Shown one piece after another: positions 39,649-49,382 of a stretch of 64,000 nt of DNA (position 1 is the stretch's first letter; each line of letters begins with the position of its first letter). Where the stretch lies: positions 1 through 64,000 of the forward strand of contig JAXSPP010000007.1 of assembly GCA_037927135.1 (NCBI GenBank), read 5' to 3'. Position numbers and translations under genes: made by a program. Below the pieces are notes generated by a model. It did not search any database. It was not told the origin of the DNA and saw only the letters and a program-made list of their open reading frames with translations. The stretch comes from Candidatus Pampinifervens sinense (lineage in GTDB: Bacteria; Aquificota; Aquificia; Aquificales; Aquificaceae).

Positions 39649-40656
39649 TCACATAATATAGGCCACTATAGCCGTTACTACCACATTAACAATGGATATA
39701 GGCAACATGATCTTCCAGCCTATCTCTGTTATGTCCCTTGCTTGAAACCTTGGCAGGGTCCAATGTAGCCAAAGGACAAAGAAGACAAGGGCAAACATCT
39801 TTATAAGGAACCAAAGGTAGGGGGAAAGGGGTCCAAAGATGGGTGGTCCAGACCAGCCACCAAAGAAGAGAACCACCGCAATGGCAGAAAGGGCCATCAC
39901 ATTCAGATACCACTCGGCCAAGGGAAAGACTCCAAACCTCATGCCTCCGTATTCCACGTTATAACCGGTTACCAGCTCCGCTTCCGCCTCCTGTATGTCA
40001 AAGGGTACTCTTCCCGATTCGGCCAGCATACAGAAAAGGTAAAGGACAAAGGCCACAGGCTGGTGGACTATAAACCAAACTCCTCTTTCTATCTGAGCCT
40101 GAACAATGCCAGTGGTGCTCATGGTGCCAGCCAATAGGATAACTCCAAGGACAGAAAAGCCAAGGACCACCTCATAGGAGATTATGACGGCAGACTTTCT
40201 TAAAGAGCCTATGAAGGCATACTTGGAGTTGGAAGCCCAACCTGAGAAGATGGTGCCATACACAGCCAAAGATCCAAAGGCAAAGACCAAAAGCAAGGCA
40301 ATGTTTACATCGGATATGATGGGCTTTATCTCATAGCCAAAGAGTTTAAAGCTTGGGCCAAAGGGGATTACAGAGAACAAAAGTAAAGATGGAGCCAAGG
40401 CCATGACAACGGCCAAATAATACACGGGCTTATCTGCATTCTGGGGCACTATGGACTCTTTGGTAAGGAGCTTGATACCGTCAGCCAAAGGTTGCAACAG
40501 TCCAAAAGGACCTACAAGCTTTGGCCCCATACGGGCCTGAATATGTCCCGCCAGTTTTCTTTCAAACCATGTAAGGTAGGCACCTAAACCTAAGAAGACA
40601 CCAAGGACAACAAGTATTTTTATGAGGGTTATAAGTATGGAAAGCCAGAGCTCCAT
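39649..40656 (-). CDS. nuoH: NADH-quinone oxidoreductase subunit H
   Basis: ERK..G.IQ.R.GP, GLLQPLADGIKL, PFD..EAEAELV. Confidence 0.96.
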   Translation of the reverse strand: MELWLSILITLIKILVVLGVFLGLGAYLTWFERKLAGHIQARMGPKLVGPFGLLQPLADGIKLLTKESIVPQNADKPVYYLAVVMALAPSLLLFSVIPFGPSFKLFGYEIKPIISDVNIALLLVFAFGSLAVYGTIFSGWASNSKYAFIGSLRKSAVIISYEVVLGFSVLGVILLAGTMSTTGIVQAQIERGVWFIVHQPVAFVLYLFCMLAESGRVPFDIQEAEAELVTGYNVEYGGMRFGVFPLAEWYLNVMALSAIAVVLFFGGWSGPPIFGPLSPYLWFLIKMFALVFFVLWLHWTLPRFQARDITEIGWKIMLPISIVNVVVTAIVAYIM

Positions 40657-40667
40657 CTATAACCTCC

Positions 40668-42425
40668 TTACCTGTCCGTTTCTCCCACCACTGGGTCCAA
40701 ACTACCAAGAAGGGCTATAGCATCCGCTATAGTTCCGTCCTTTATAAGCTTTGGAAAGATGGAAAGGTTGTAAAAGGCTCCAGACCTGATCCTTAGTCTG
40801 TAGGGCTTGGAGCCACCTTTAGAGTATATGTAGAAGCCTAGCTCTCCCCTTGGGTTCTCTCCGCTGGCGTAGACTTCTCCCGGTGGTGCAGACTCTCCAT
40901 GAACCACTATACGGAAGTTCTTTACCATATCCTCAAGGGCCATAAAGACATCTTCCTTTGGTGCCATTACGGCAGGATGTTCCTTGTTTATGTATGGTGC
41001 AGACTTTGGAAGCTTTTCAAGCTTTGCCACACACTGCTCTATGATTCTCAAGCTTTGCACCATTTCTTCCATACGCACCAAGTATCTATCGTACACATCC
41101 CCCACCTCTCCCACTGGAATGTCAAACTCCACCTCATCGTAGGCAGCGTAAGGTTCAAGCTTTCTTATATCGTAAGGCACACCAGAGCCTCTTGCCACAG
41201 GACCTGTAAGGCCGTAATTGAAAACATCCTCCCTGCTTATAACTCCTATATCTTTGGTCCTTCTGAGCCATATACGGTTCCTCGTAAGAAGGTTGTGGTA
41301 TTCTTTTAGCCTGTTTGGAAAGTCTTTTATGAAGGCCTTTACCACATCAAGGGTTCCTTCCGCAAGGTCATAATGCACTCCTCCGATCCTCAGAAAGGCA
41401 GAGGTGAGCCTAAAGCCTGCGTTTCCTTCTATTATGTCCATTATCTTCTCCCTTTCTCTGAAGGCATAAAGAAAGACGGTCAATGCTCCAAGGTCCAAAG
41501 CTCCTGTGCCAAGCCAAAGAAGATGGGAGTTTATCCTCTGTAGCTCTGCAAACATGGTTCTGATGTATCTGGCCTTCTCTGGAACTTCTACACCTAGAAG
41601 CTTTTCCACAGCCGTCACGTAAGAAAGCTCATTGCATATAGCGGAGATGTAATCCATCCTGTCTGTGTAGGGTAAAAACTGGAAATAATAAAGGTTTTCC
41701 GCTATCTTTTCCATTCCCCTGTGGAGCTGTCCGAGGATGATGTCCGATTGGACTACCCTTTCTCCATCCAAGTCAAACAGAAACCATATGGTTCCATGTG
41801 TTCCCGGATGTAAAGGCCCCCAGTTTAAAACCAGCTGTGCCTTCTTTTGTAGCCTTGATTTTTCTGTTCTTTCTAGGTCCTCAAGGGTAGCTATGCGCGT
41901 GTGCATCACCTCATAGTCATGGCTTGGTGGCTCCGTCCTTCCTGCATATAGTTCTGTCAAGGATGGAAGCTCCACTTCTGGAAAGCCTTCAAGGGGAAAG
42001 TCCTTTCTCAAAGGATGGTAAGGATAGCCCTCCCACATAAACATCCTTCTTAGGTTCTCATGGCCTTCATACTCCACTCCAAACATATCGTAGGCTTCCC
42101 TTTCGGCCCACTTTGCACAGGGCCAGAGCTTTTCAATAGATGGGAGCTTGCCATCCTTTGCCCAAGTTTTAACGATAACCCTCTCGTTTGTATCCGGGTT
42201 ATAGAGTATGTATATGCCCTGGAATCTTTCCCTCTTCTCCGGAAAGTCTATGCATGTGTGGTCTATAAAATGTCTGTAGCCTTCCCTCTCCTTTAGATGT
42301 TTGAGGAGGTCTATCAACCTTTCCTGTTTTACATGCAAGTTAGTGGTGTGCTTTGTAAATTCAATCTCCACATCCTTGAACTCAAACTTTATCCTGTCGG
42401 CGGTAGCTCTGTTCATCCAAGGCAT
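40668..42425 (-). CDS. nuoCD: Fused NADH-quinone oxidoreductase subunit C/D
   Basis: ERE.YDMFG, HPLRKDFPL then NWGPLHPGTHG, HRGMEK, PRGELG, GETDR; start 42425 or 42437. Confidence 0.94.
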   Translation of the reverse strand: MPWMNRATADRIKFEFKDVEIEFTKHTTNLHVKQERLIDLLKHLKEREGYRHFIDHTCIDFPEKRERFQGIYILYNPDTNERVIVKTWAKDGKLPSIEKLWPCAKWAEREAYDMFGVEYEGHENLRRMFMWEGYPYHPLRKDFPLEGFPEVELPSLTELYAGRTEPPSHDYEVMHTRIATLEDLERTEKSRLQKKAQLVLNWGPLHPGTHGTIWFLFDLDGERVVQSDIILGQLHRGMEKIAENLYYFQFLPYTDRMDYISAICNELSYVTAVEKLLGVEVPEKARYIRTMFAELQRINSHLLWLGTGALDLGALTVFLYAFREREKIMDIIEGNAGFRLTSAFLRIGGVHYDLAEGTLDVVKAFIKDFPNRLKEYHNLLTRNRIWLRRTKDIGVISREDVFNYGLTGPVARGSGVPYDIRKLEPYAAYDEVEFDIPVGEVGDVYDRYLVRMEEMVQSLRIIEQCVAKLEKLPKSAPYINKEHPAVMAPKEDVFMALEDMVKNFRIVVHGESAPPGEVYASGENPRGELGFYIYSKGGSKPYRLRIRSGAFYNLSIFPKLIKDGTIADAIALLGSLDPVVGETDR

Positions 42426-42433
42426 AGCATACC

Positions 42434-42970
42434 TCACACGGCTATTTCTCTAGGAATAAGTCCTTGGCGTTCTAAATCCCTCCTAAACTCCTCAAAGGCT
42501 TTATCGTACTTTTTGACACCCTTTTCCTTTATCTTCTTCTGTAGCTGTAGTATGCCGTAGAGTAGGCCCTGTGGATGAGGTGGACAACCAGGTATGTAGA
42601 CATCCACGGGTATTATTCTGTCCACACCTTGAAGGGTTGCATAGGTAGGGAAGGGTCCACCTGCCGATGCACAGCCACCCATTGATATACACCACTTTGG
42701 ATCGGGCATCTGCTCCCACAAAAGCTTTAGCATTGGGGCTACCTTGTTTACCACCGTGCCAGCCACTATTAAAAGGTCTGCTTGCCTTGGAGAGGCTCTA
42801 AAGATAACGCCTAGCCTGTCAAGGTCAAACCTTGAGGCCGCTGTATGCATCATCTCTATAGCACAGCAGGCAAGACCTATTGTTAAAGGCCAAAGGGCAT
42901 TACGCCTTCCCCAGCTCAAAAGCTCATCTACTGTAGTCAAAACAAAGCCATTAGAATTTAACATAGCCAT
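42434..42970 (-). CDS. nuoB: NADH-quinone oxidoreductase subunit B
   Basis: [22 protein letters not shown]. Confidence 0.97.
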   Translation of the reverse strand: MAMLNSNGFVLTTVDELLSWGRRNALWPLTIGLACCAIEMMHTAASRFDLDRLGVIFRASPRQADLLIVAGTVVNKVAPMLKLLWEQMPDPKWCISMGGCASAGGPFPTYATLQGVDRIIPVDVYIPGCPPHPQGLLYGILQLQKKIKEKGVKKYDKAFEEFRRDLERQGLIPREIAV

Positions 42971-42993
42971 GTTATTACCTCCTCAATATAAAT

Positions 42994-43350
42994 CTAGAAC
43001 TGCCATTTTAGAGCTCCCTTTTTCCATTCATAGGCAAGGCCTAGAGTAAGTATAAAGATAAAGATAAGCGCACCTATCAAACCATAAAGACCTACCTCAT
43101 TGAAGACAACGACCCATGGAAACAGAAAGGCTACCTCTATGTCAAAGAGTATGAGGGATATGCCGAGAAGATAGTAGCCTTGTTTGAAAACACCCCTTGC
43201 CTCTGGGTCATATACTGGCACACCGCACTCATAAGGATAGCCTTCCATCTTTTCCTTCGTTCTTGGGCCAAGAAGATCGTTCAGGAAGCTAAAGGCCAGA
43301 CCCACAAAGAGGGCTATCAAAAAGAAGAACAATATGCCCAAATACTCCAT
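42994..43350 (-). CDS. nuoA: NADH-quinone oxidoreductase subunit A
   Basis: PYECG, FDIEVAFLFPW, YEWKKGALKW. Confidence 0.96.
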   Translation of the reverse strand: MEYLGILFFFLIALFVGLAFSFLNDLLGPRTKEKMEGYPYECGVPVYDPEARGVFKQGYYLLGISLILFDIEVAFLFPWVVVFNEVGLYGLIGALIFIFILTLGLAYEWKKGALKWQF

Positions 43351-43410
43351 GTCTTAATTTTATCACTTTGAAAAGATAAAGTAAAAGTTTATGACTGAAA
43401 TCAATAAAAA

Positions 43411-44613
43411 TTAGGCCACAGGATAAAGCCCTTCCACAAAGCCCTTCCAGATTTCGGGCATGCGATCAAGCTCCTCCTTAGCTATCTTCCTTACCAATTC
43501 TTCAATGGCTTTTATATCCTTTTTAGTCCTCACACTCACATCAAGCACCTGGGGCTCATTTATTGGCTTTCCTATCTGAGAGACTATATAGCAGTAAGCT
43601 TCCTCCACTTCCTCCACCTCTTCTACAACCCTTTGGGCAATAAGGTTTGCCACCCTGTTGTATATCTTCCCTATGTGAGAAACTGGGTTTTTACCCGCTG
43701 CCGCCTCAAGGCTCATAGGCCTGTAGGGAGTTATAAGGCCGTTGACCCTGTTGCCCCTTCCTACTTGTCCATCATCGCCCTGCTCTGCAGAGGTTCCAGT
43801 CACAGTTATATAAACGGAGTTATCTTCCTTGCTGTCTGCAGTGTTTATAAAGACTTCTACCTCTTTGCCCACCACACCTTCTACCCTCTCCTTTACCTTC
43901 TTTAAGATGGCCTCCTTCCTTTGGAAGTAGTCCTCTATGTCTTTTATGTATTTGCCTACAAAGGCCAAGGCTATGGTAAGTCTGTATCTGTCCTTTATGC
44001 GCACACCCATAACCTTTATGTCCTCTCCTATCTCAGGGTGTTCTTTTTTCATCTCTGGAGAGTTCAAAAACCTTTCCGCCTCAAAGACGGCCCTTTCTAA
44101 GCTATCAAGGGGAGCATAGCCCACACCAAAGGAGGTGTCATTGGCCAAAGGCACTTCACCCTTCTTTTGAAACCTTTCAAAGAGCTCCACAAGGTCCTTG
44201 CTACCTGGCTTTATCCTTGTATGTATCCTTACATGCCTTTCCACATCAAGGTTTCTTATGTTCTCCTTTAGCCACCTTTTGGCACTCTCTACCGCAAGCT
44301 CGTGGGCATCAAGCCTTTTGCTGTCCTTTTCCAGTATGGCCCTACCCACCAGATATATCTCTATAGGCTCTATTACCTCACCACCACCAAACTCCGCCCT
44401 TGCCACACCACCCACAAGCAGGGCTTTATCTACGTTGTGGTGCATGATGGCACCATATTCGGATATATACCACTTGCATAGCTCTCTTGATAAATTTTCT
44501 GCAAGGTAATCACATATGGTATCTGGATGGCCTATGCCTTTGCGTTCCACAATCTCCGCATCCAATTCATAGACAGGCTTAAAGGTCATGGGAGTGATAA
44601 CAATGTTAGCCAC
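43411..44613 (-). CDS. metK: Archaeal-type methionine adenosyltransferase
   Basis: VERKGIGHPD, ANDTSFGVG, GEDIKVMG, GRGNR.NGLITP, GKNPVSH. Confidence 0.93.
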   Translation of the reverse strand: MANIVITPMTFKPVYELDAEIVERKGIGHPDTICDYLAENLSRELCKWYISEYGAIMHHNVDKALLVGGVARAEFGGGEVIEPIEIYLVGRAILEKDSKRLDAHELAVESAKRWLKENIRNLDVERHVRIHTRIKPGSKDLVELFERFQKKGEVPLANDTSFGVGYAPLDSLERAVFEAERFLNSPEMKKEHPEIGEDIKVMGVRIKDRYRLTIALAFVGKYIKDIEDYFQRKEAILKKVKERVEGVVGKEVEVFINTADSKEDNSVYITVTGTSAEQGDDGQVGRGNRVNGLITPYRPMSLEAAAGKNPVSHIGKIYNRVANLIAQRVVEEVEEVEEAYCYIVSQIGKPINEPQVLDVSVRTKKDIKAIEELVRKIAKEELDRMPEIWKGFVEGLYPVA

Positions 44614-44695
44614 CGGCCACCTCCTTAAAAAGTTTAGCTATTAAAGTATAGCACAAGGCATATAATTAAAAGGATTATACAAAAAGGAGGAAAAA

Positions 44696-45796
44696 ATGGA
44701 CTTTAACTTTTCACAGCTGAGCGACCTAGTTCAAAGGGCTCTCAAGGACATGGACTTTGAAAGGCCCACACCAATACAAAGGGAAACCATACCCTTGGCC
44801 TTGAAAGGCTACGATATTATGGGGCAGGCTGCCACAGGAACAGGCAAAACGGCAGCCTTTGGCATACCCATAGTGGAAGGAAGCAAAAAGGAGGAAGGAA
44901 CCACAGCCCTTATAATGACACCCACAAGGGAGCTGGCCCTTCAGGTAAAGGAACAGTTGCAACAGCTATCCAAGTACAAAGGCCTTAAGGTCTTTAGCTT
45001 TTATGGTGGCACGCCAGTGCAAAAGGACTTAGAACTACTTTGGAAGGTCACACCAAACATAGTGGTTGGAACGCCAGGAAGGCTAAAGGACCTTATAATG
45101 AGAGGCCTTTTTAACTTTGATAACCTCAAATACTTTGTGCTGGACGAAGTAGACAGGATGCTTGATATGGGCTTTATAGAGGATATTGAGTGGATAATAG
45201 CCCAGCTACCAAAGGAGAGACAAACCTTTCTCTTTTCCGCTACCATACCAAGGGAGGTGGAAAGCCTCGCCAAAAGGCACCTGAGGAAGGACTACAAGTT
45301 TGTAAAGGTTATAACGGAAGAGCTAAAGCCAAAGATAGAAGAGAGGTTTATAAAGCTTAACTCTTCAAGACAAAAGCTTTCCGAGCTTGAAAAGATACTA
45401 AGAGAGCATCTCCTTGAAAAGGTCATAGTCTTTGTAAAGACAAAGAAGGATGCAAGAGAGATAACAGAGGAGCTAAAAAGAAGGGGCTTTAATGTGGTCT
45501 CCTTGCACGGCGATATGACGCAAAGACAGAGGGAAAACTCTTTGAGGCTTTTTAAGGAAGGAAAGGTAAAAATAGTGGTGGCCACCGATGTGGCCTCAAG
45601 GGGTCTTGATATAAAGGGCGTGAGCCTTGTGATAAACTACCACATACCGGAGGACCCAGAGGTGTATATACACCGGATAGGAAGGACTGGAAGGATAGGC
45701 TCCTACGGCAAGGCCTATAGCTTAGTGACGCCAGAGGACAGCAGGGCCCTTATAAGAATAAGGAAGCTAAAGGAAAGCTATAAAGATGGACCTTAA
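44696..45796 (+). CDS. DEAD-box RNA helicase (minimal core)
   Basis: Q motif, TGTGKT, PTRELA, DEVD, SAT, HRIGRTGR. Confidence 0.94.
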   Translation: MDFNFSQLSDLVQRALKDMDFERPTPIQRETIPLALKGYDIMGQAATGTGKTAAFGIPIVEGSKKEEGTTALIMTPTRELALQVKEQLQQLSKYKGLKVFSFYGGTPVQKDLELLWKVTPNIVVGTPGRLKDLIMRGLFNFDNLKYFVLDEVDRMLDMGFIEDIEWIIAQLPKERQTFLFSATIPREVESLAKRHLRKDYKFVKVITEELKPKIEERFIKLNSSRQKLSELEKILREHLLEKVIVFVKTKKDAREITEELKRRGFNVVSLHGDMTQRQRENSLRLFKEGKVKIVVATDVASRGLDIKGVSLVINYHIPEDPEVYIHRIGRTGRIGSYGKAYSLVTPEDSRALIRIRKLKESYKDGP

Positions 45797-46307
45797 AGAG
45801 AGGGCTTTAAAAATCAGGCTTTTGGTCCTTGATGTGGATGGTGTGCTAACCGATGGGAGGCTATATTACACTTCAAGGGGGGAGGAGATAAAGGTCTTTA
45901 ATGTGAAGGATGGCTTTGGTATAAAGATGGCGCAGATGGCTGGCATAAGGGTTGGAGTCATCTCTGGAAGGAAGAGCAAGGCTTTAAGGAAGAGGCTTGA
46001 GGAGCTTGGCATAGAAGAGGCCCACCTTGGCTTTAACGAAAAGCTTCCTGTTTTGGAAGATATGTTAAGGAGGCTTTCCCTTGGCTTTGAAGAGGTAGCC
46101 TTTATTGGGGATGACTATGTGGACCTGCCCATCTTAAAAAGGGTGGGCTTTCCCATGGTAGTTTGCGATGCACCAGAGGAGATAAAGGCCCATGCCCTTT
46201 ATACCACAAAGGCAAAGGGCGGAGAAGGGGCAGTAAGGGAGGCCATAGAGTTCCTTCTGAAGCTAAGGGGACAGTGGGAAGAGATAATAAGTAAATACCA
46301 TGCTTAG
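45786..46307 (+). CDS. kdsC: KDO 8-phosphate phosphatase
   Basis: DVDGVLTDG, GDD..D, GAVRE; next to lptC/lptA. Confidence 0.92.
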   Translation: MDLKERALKIRLLVLDVDGVLTDGRLYYTSRGEEIKVFNVKDGFGIKMAQMAGIRVGVISGRKSKALRKRLEELGIEEAHLGFNEKLPVLEDMLRRLSLGFEEVAFIGDDYVDLPILKRVGFPMVVCDAPEEIKAHALYTTKAKGGEGAVREAIEFLLKLRGQWEEIISKYHA

Positions 46308-46791
46308 GAGCCTTCTTATAAGCCTTATGATAATACTCACCTCTTACATGCTAAGGGCCTATGTGGATAGCTTTGGACCCACTGGAGGAGAGGAGAAGAT
46401 AGTAAATAGACTGGAAGGTGTGACCATAAGGTCCTACAGCAAAGGTGGTATTGAATGGACCATAAGGGGCAGATCCTTGGAGGTGGTAGGCAAAGACGTG
46501 CTTTTGAAGGGGGCAGAGCTTATATCTGAAGAGGCCACCATTAGGGCTGGAGAGGTTTATATAGATAGGAATACTGGAAAGGGTGAGCTTTTGGGAGGCA
46601 TTGAACTCATATCAAAGGACCTTGTGGCAAAGAGCCAAAGGGCCTATATGGACCTAAGGGAAGGAAGGTTTTATGGTGATGGCAGGATAGAGCTAAAGGA
46701 AGGAGACAAAAGGGTGGAAGGCTATGGCTTTGAGATAAGGCTAAAGCCTGTGAGGGTTATAATTAGTAAGGCGAGGGTAAACATAGAATGA
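46300..46791 (+). CDS. lptC: LPS export protein LptC-like
   Basis: N-terminal TM then beta-rich domain; between kdsC and lptA. Confidence 0.65.
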   Translation: MLRSLLISLMIILTSYMLRAYVDSFGPTGGEEKIVNRLEGVTIRSYSKGGIEWTIRGRSLEVVGKDVLLKGAELISEEATIRAGEVYIDRNTGKGELLGGIELISKDLVAKSQRAYMDLREGRFYGDGRIELKEGDKRVEGYGFEIRLKPVRVIISKARVNIE

Positions 46792-47246
46792 GAAGGGTTC
46801 TATTTTTCCTTTTATTGATTGCTTCCTTTGCCTTTTCACAGCCCATAGTGGGTGAAGGAGACCAGCTTACTTACGAAAAGGACAGGATAATCTATACGGG
46901 CAATGTAAGACTCACAAGGGGCAACGCCCTTTTGACAGCCAACAAGGTGATCATATACCTTGATGAAAACAGAAAGGCAAGGCTTATGGAAGCGGAAGGG
47001 AATGTAAAGTATGTGGAGGGAAACAGAAGGGCCTTTGCGGACAGGATGACCTATGACCTGAGGGAAGAGGTTATAACCCTTAGGGGTAGGGCAAGGGTGG
47101 AGGAGGGTCCAAACTTTGTGGAGGCAGAGGAGATAGTTTACTATAAGAAGGAAGATAGGGCTGTGGCCACAAGCAAAGGTTCAAGGGTGAGGACCTTTTA
47201 TGTGGAGGAAAAGGATGAAAAGGGCAGACCTAATAGAAAGCCTTAG
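46788..47246 (+). CDS. lptA: LPS transport periplasmic protein (OstA fold)
   Basis: Signal peptide, YTGNV, AEGNV, L.G.A.V. Confidence 0.82.
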   Translation: MRRVLFFLLLIASFAFSQPIVGEGDQLTYEKDRIIYTGNVRLTRGNALLTANKVIIYLDENRKARLMEAEGNVKYVEGNRRAFADRMTYDLREEVITLRGRARVEEGPNFVEAEEIVYYKKEDRAVATSKGSRVRTFYVEEKDEKGRPNRKP

Positions 47247-47490
47247 AAGGGAGTTTAGGCTTAGCAGGGAAGAAGCAAAAAGGTTTGTAGATTGCTTTTT
47301 TGAAGAGTTGGTAAATATGGTGGTAGAAAAGGGAAGGGTGGAACTGAGAGGCTTTGGTGTTTTTAAGCTAAAGAGCCTTAGCGGTAGGTTTATAAAGAAT
47401 CCAAAGACGGGCATTGAGATGTATGTGGAAGAAAGACACAGCATAAGCTTTAAGCCTTCAAGCCTGTTTAAGAAGAATGAGAAAGGTTGA
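47215..47490 (+). CDS. HU/IHF-family DNA-binding protein
   Basis: MKRADLI, VELRGFGVF, NPKTG, FKPS. Confidence 0.92.
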   Translation: MKRADLIESLRREFRLSREEAKRFVDCFFEELVNMVVEKGRVELRGFGVFKLKSLSGRFIKNPKTGIEMYVEERHSISFKPSSLFKKNEKG

Positions 47491-48517
47491 TGTGCTTATT
47501 GTAGGTGGTGGTCCTGCAGGTTCTACATGTGCTTATGAGCTTTCAAAGAGGGGCCTGAGTGTGATCTTTGTGGATATAAAGAGGAAAATAGGCACGCCGG
47601 TGCAGTGTGCCGAGTTTGTTCCCATACAGCTATACCACCAGTTTAAAGACTTCTTTCCAGAGGAAGCCATAGCCCAAAGGGTGGAGAATATGGTACATTT
47701 TACACCTTGGGGGGAGGTGGTCAGTATGTGGTCTGAGGGCTTTGTTTTAAACAGGGAGGTCTTTGATTACCATATAGCCAAGCTTGCCACAGAAATGGGT
47801 GCTGAATGCTTACTTAGGACACAGTTTATAGGCTTTGAGGATGGAAAGGTCTGGCTTGAAAATATAGACAAAAGGGAAAGGTTTTGCATAAAGGCCGATG
47901 TGGTGGTGGGTGCGGACGGACCAAGGTCCAAGGTGGCAAGGCTTACAGGAAAGGGAATAGAAAACTTCCTTACTACAGCGCAAGCCACCATGCCCTTAAA
48001 AGAGCCAATAAAGGACCTTTTGATATACTTCAGAGATTACATACCCGGTGGCTACGGATGGGTCTTTCCGAAGGGAGAGGTGGCCAATGTGGGCGTGGGC
48101 ATTGACCCTTCCTATCCTATCAATGTGATGGAGAGCTTAAGAAGGTTCATAAGGGAGGTATGTAAAGAGGGCATTGTGGAAGAGAGGATACTTAAAAGGA
48201 CTGGTGGGTGGATACCGGCTGATGGTCTTTTGCCTTTGGTAAGGGGAAGGGTGGTCCTTGTGGGGGATGCGGGGGGCTTTTGCCATCCTATAACCGGTGC
48301 GGGCATAGCCAACGCAGTCCTATCTGGTAGTATGGCTGGTAAATACATAGCGGAAGGAAACCTTGAAGAATACCAAGAGGAGGCAGAAGACACCTTTGGA
48401 AGCGTGCTATGGAGAGCATCGGAAAAGAGGAAAAAACACATGAAAAGCTGGGACAATCTAAAAGAGATAATACCAAAGACATGGATAGCCTTTGAAGACT
48501 ATTGGTGTATAATTTAA
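47477..48517 (+). CDS. Second geranylgeranyl reductase-family FAD oxidoreductase
   Basis: GGGPAG, PVQCAE, PGGYGWVFPKG, GDAGG..HPITGAGI. Confidence 0.88.
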   Translation: MRKVDVLIVGGGPAGSTCAYELSKRGLSVIFVDIKRKIGTPVQCAEFVPIQLYHQFKDFFPEEAIAQRVENMVHFTPWGEVVSMWSEGFVLNREVFDYHIAKLATEMGAECLLRTQFIGFEDGKVWLENIDKRERFCIKADVVVGADGPRSKVARLTGKGIENFLTTAQATMPLKEPIKDLLIYFRDYIPGGYGWVFPKGEVANVGVGIDPSYPINVMESLRRFIREVCKEGIVEERILKRTGGWIPADGLLPLVRGRVVLVGDAGGFCHPITGAGIANAVLSGSMAGKYIAEGNLEEYQEEAEDTFGSVLWRASEKRKKHMKSWDNLKEIIPKTWIAFEDYWCII

Positions 48518-48533
48518 AGCTAGGAGGTGGAAG

Positions 48534-49382
48534 ATGGACTTTTTAGGAAAAGAACAATCACCCTTAACCTTTGAAGAGTGGAACCAGCTGGAGAAGGCTA
48601 TAATTGAAGTTGCGAAAAAAACGCTTGTATGTAGAAGGTTTATGCCCGTTGTTGGCCCAATAGGTGTGGGCCATCAGGTAATATCTTATGATGTTTACCT
48701 TGGTGTGGAGCCAGGTGTATGTGAAGTAAGACCTGGGGAGGAAAGCGAACAGTGTGAGCCTGTAAGGACTGGAAGAAGAAGGCATATAGTCCTTCCAACC
48801 ATATACAAGCCCTTTAGTATAAGCTGGAGGGATTTAGAATACTACAGGCAGTTCAACCTTCCCATAGATACATCTCAAGCTGCTGCGGCAGCCTTTGCCA
48901 CAGCGGTGGCGGAGGACACTCTCATAATACATGGAAATCAAAAGCTGGAGATAGAGGGCCTTTTGACGGTGGAGGGAAGGCAAAGTATGTCCATGAGCGA
49001 TTGGGATGTGGTGGGCAATGCCTTCAACGATATATCCCTCGGTATAGCCAAGCTTTCGGAAAAGGGCTTTTACGGAGACTACTACCTTATACTAAACCCA
49101 AAGGACTACTTTAAGCTAAACAGGGTATATCACAACACGGGCCTTTTGGAGATTGAACAGATAAGAAAGCTTGTAAAGGATATATACTACACGCCCATAA
49201 TGCCAGAATCAAAGGCATTGCTTGTATCGGCAGGACCACAGAATATGGACATAGTCATAGGCCTGGACTTTAGCCTTGCCTATGTGGAATCTACCAACAT
49301 GGTGCATCACTTTAGGGTTATGGAGATAGTGGCACCGAGGATAAAGAGGCCTGGGGCCATACTGGTGATAGGGGAGAAGTGA
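48534..49382 (+). CDS. Family 1 encapsulin nanocompartment shell (linocin M18 family)
   Basis: MDFL....PL..EEW..L...A...L..RRF....GP.G N-terminus; IYK.F...WRDLE, A..ED..I..G, GLL; 282 aa; AGGAGGTG RBS. Confidence 0.9.
   Translation: MDFLGKEQSPLTFEEWNQLEKAIIEVAKKTLVCRRFMPVVGPIGVGHQVISYDVYLGVEPGVCEVRPGEESEQCEPVRTGRRRHIVLPTIYKPFSISWRDLEYYRQFNLPIDTSQAAAAAFATAVAEDTLIIHGNQKLEIEGLLTVEGRQSMSMSDWDVVGNAFNDISLGIAKLSEKGFYGDYYLILNPKDYFKLNRVYHNTGLLEIEQIRKLVKDIYYTPIMPESKALLVSAGPQNMDIVIGLDFSLAYVESTNMVHHFRVMEIVAPRIKRPGAILVIGEK

Noticed and set aside
45143-45154. DEVD instead of DEAD in the helicase
   Set aside because: Common DExD variation; all other motifs are intact
48534-49382. Prophage major capsid gene
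   Set aside because: Motifs fit a family 1 encapsulin; no terminase, portal, tail or integrase nearby
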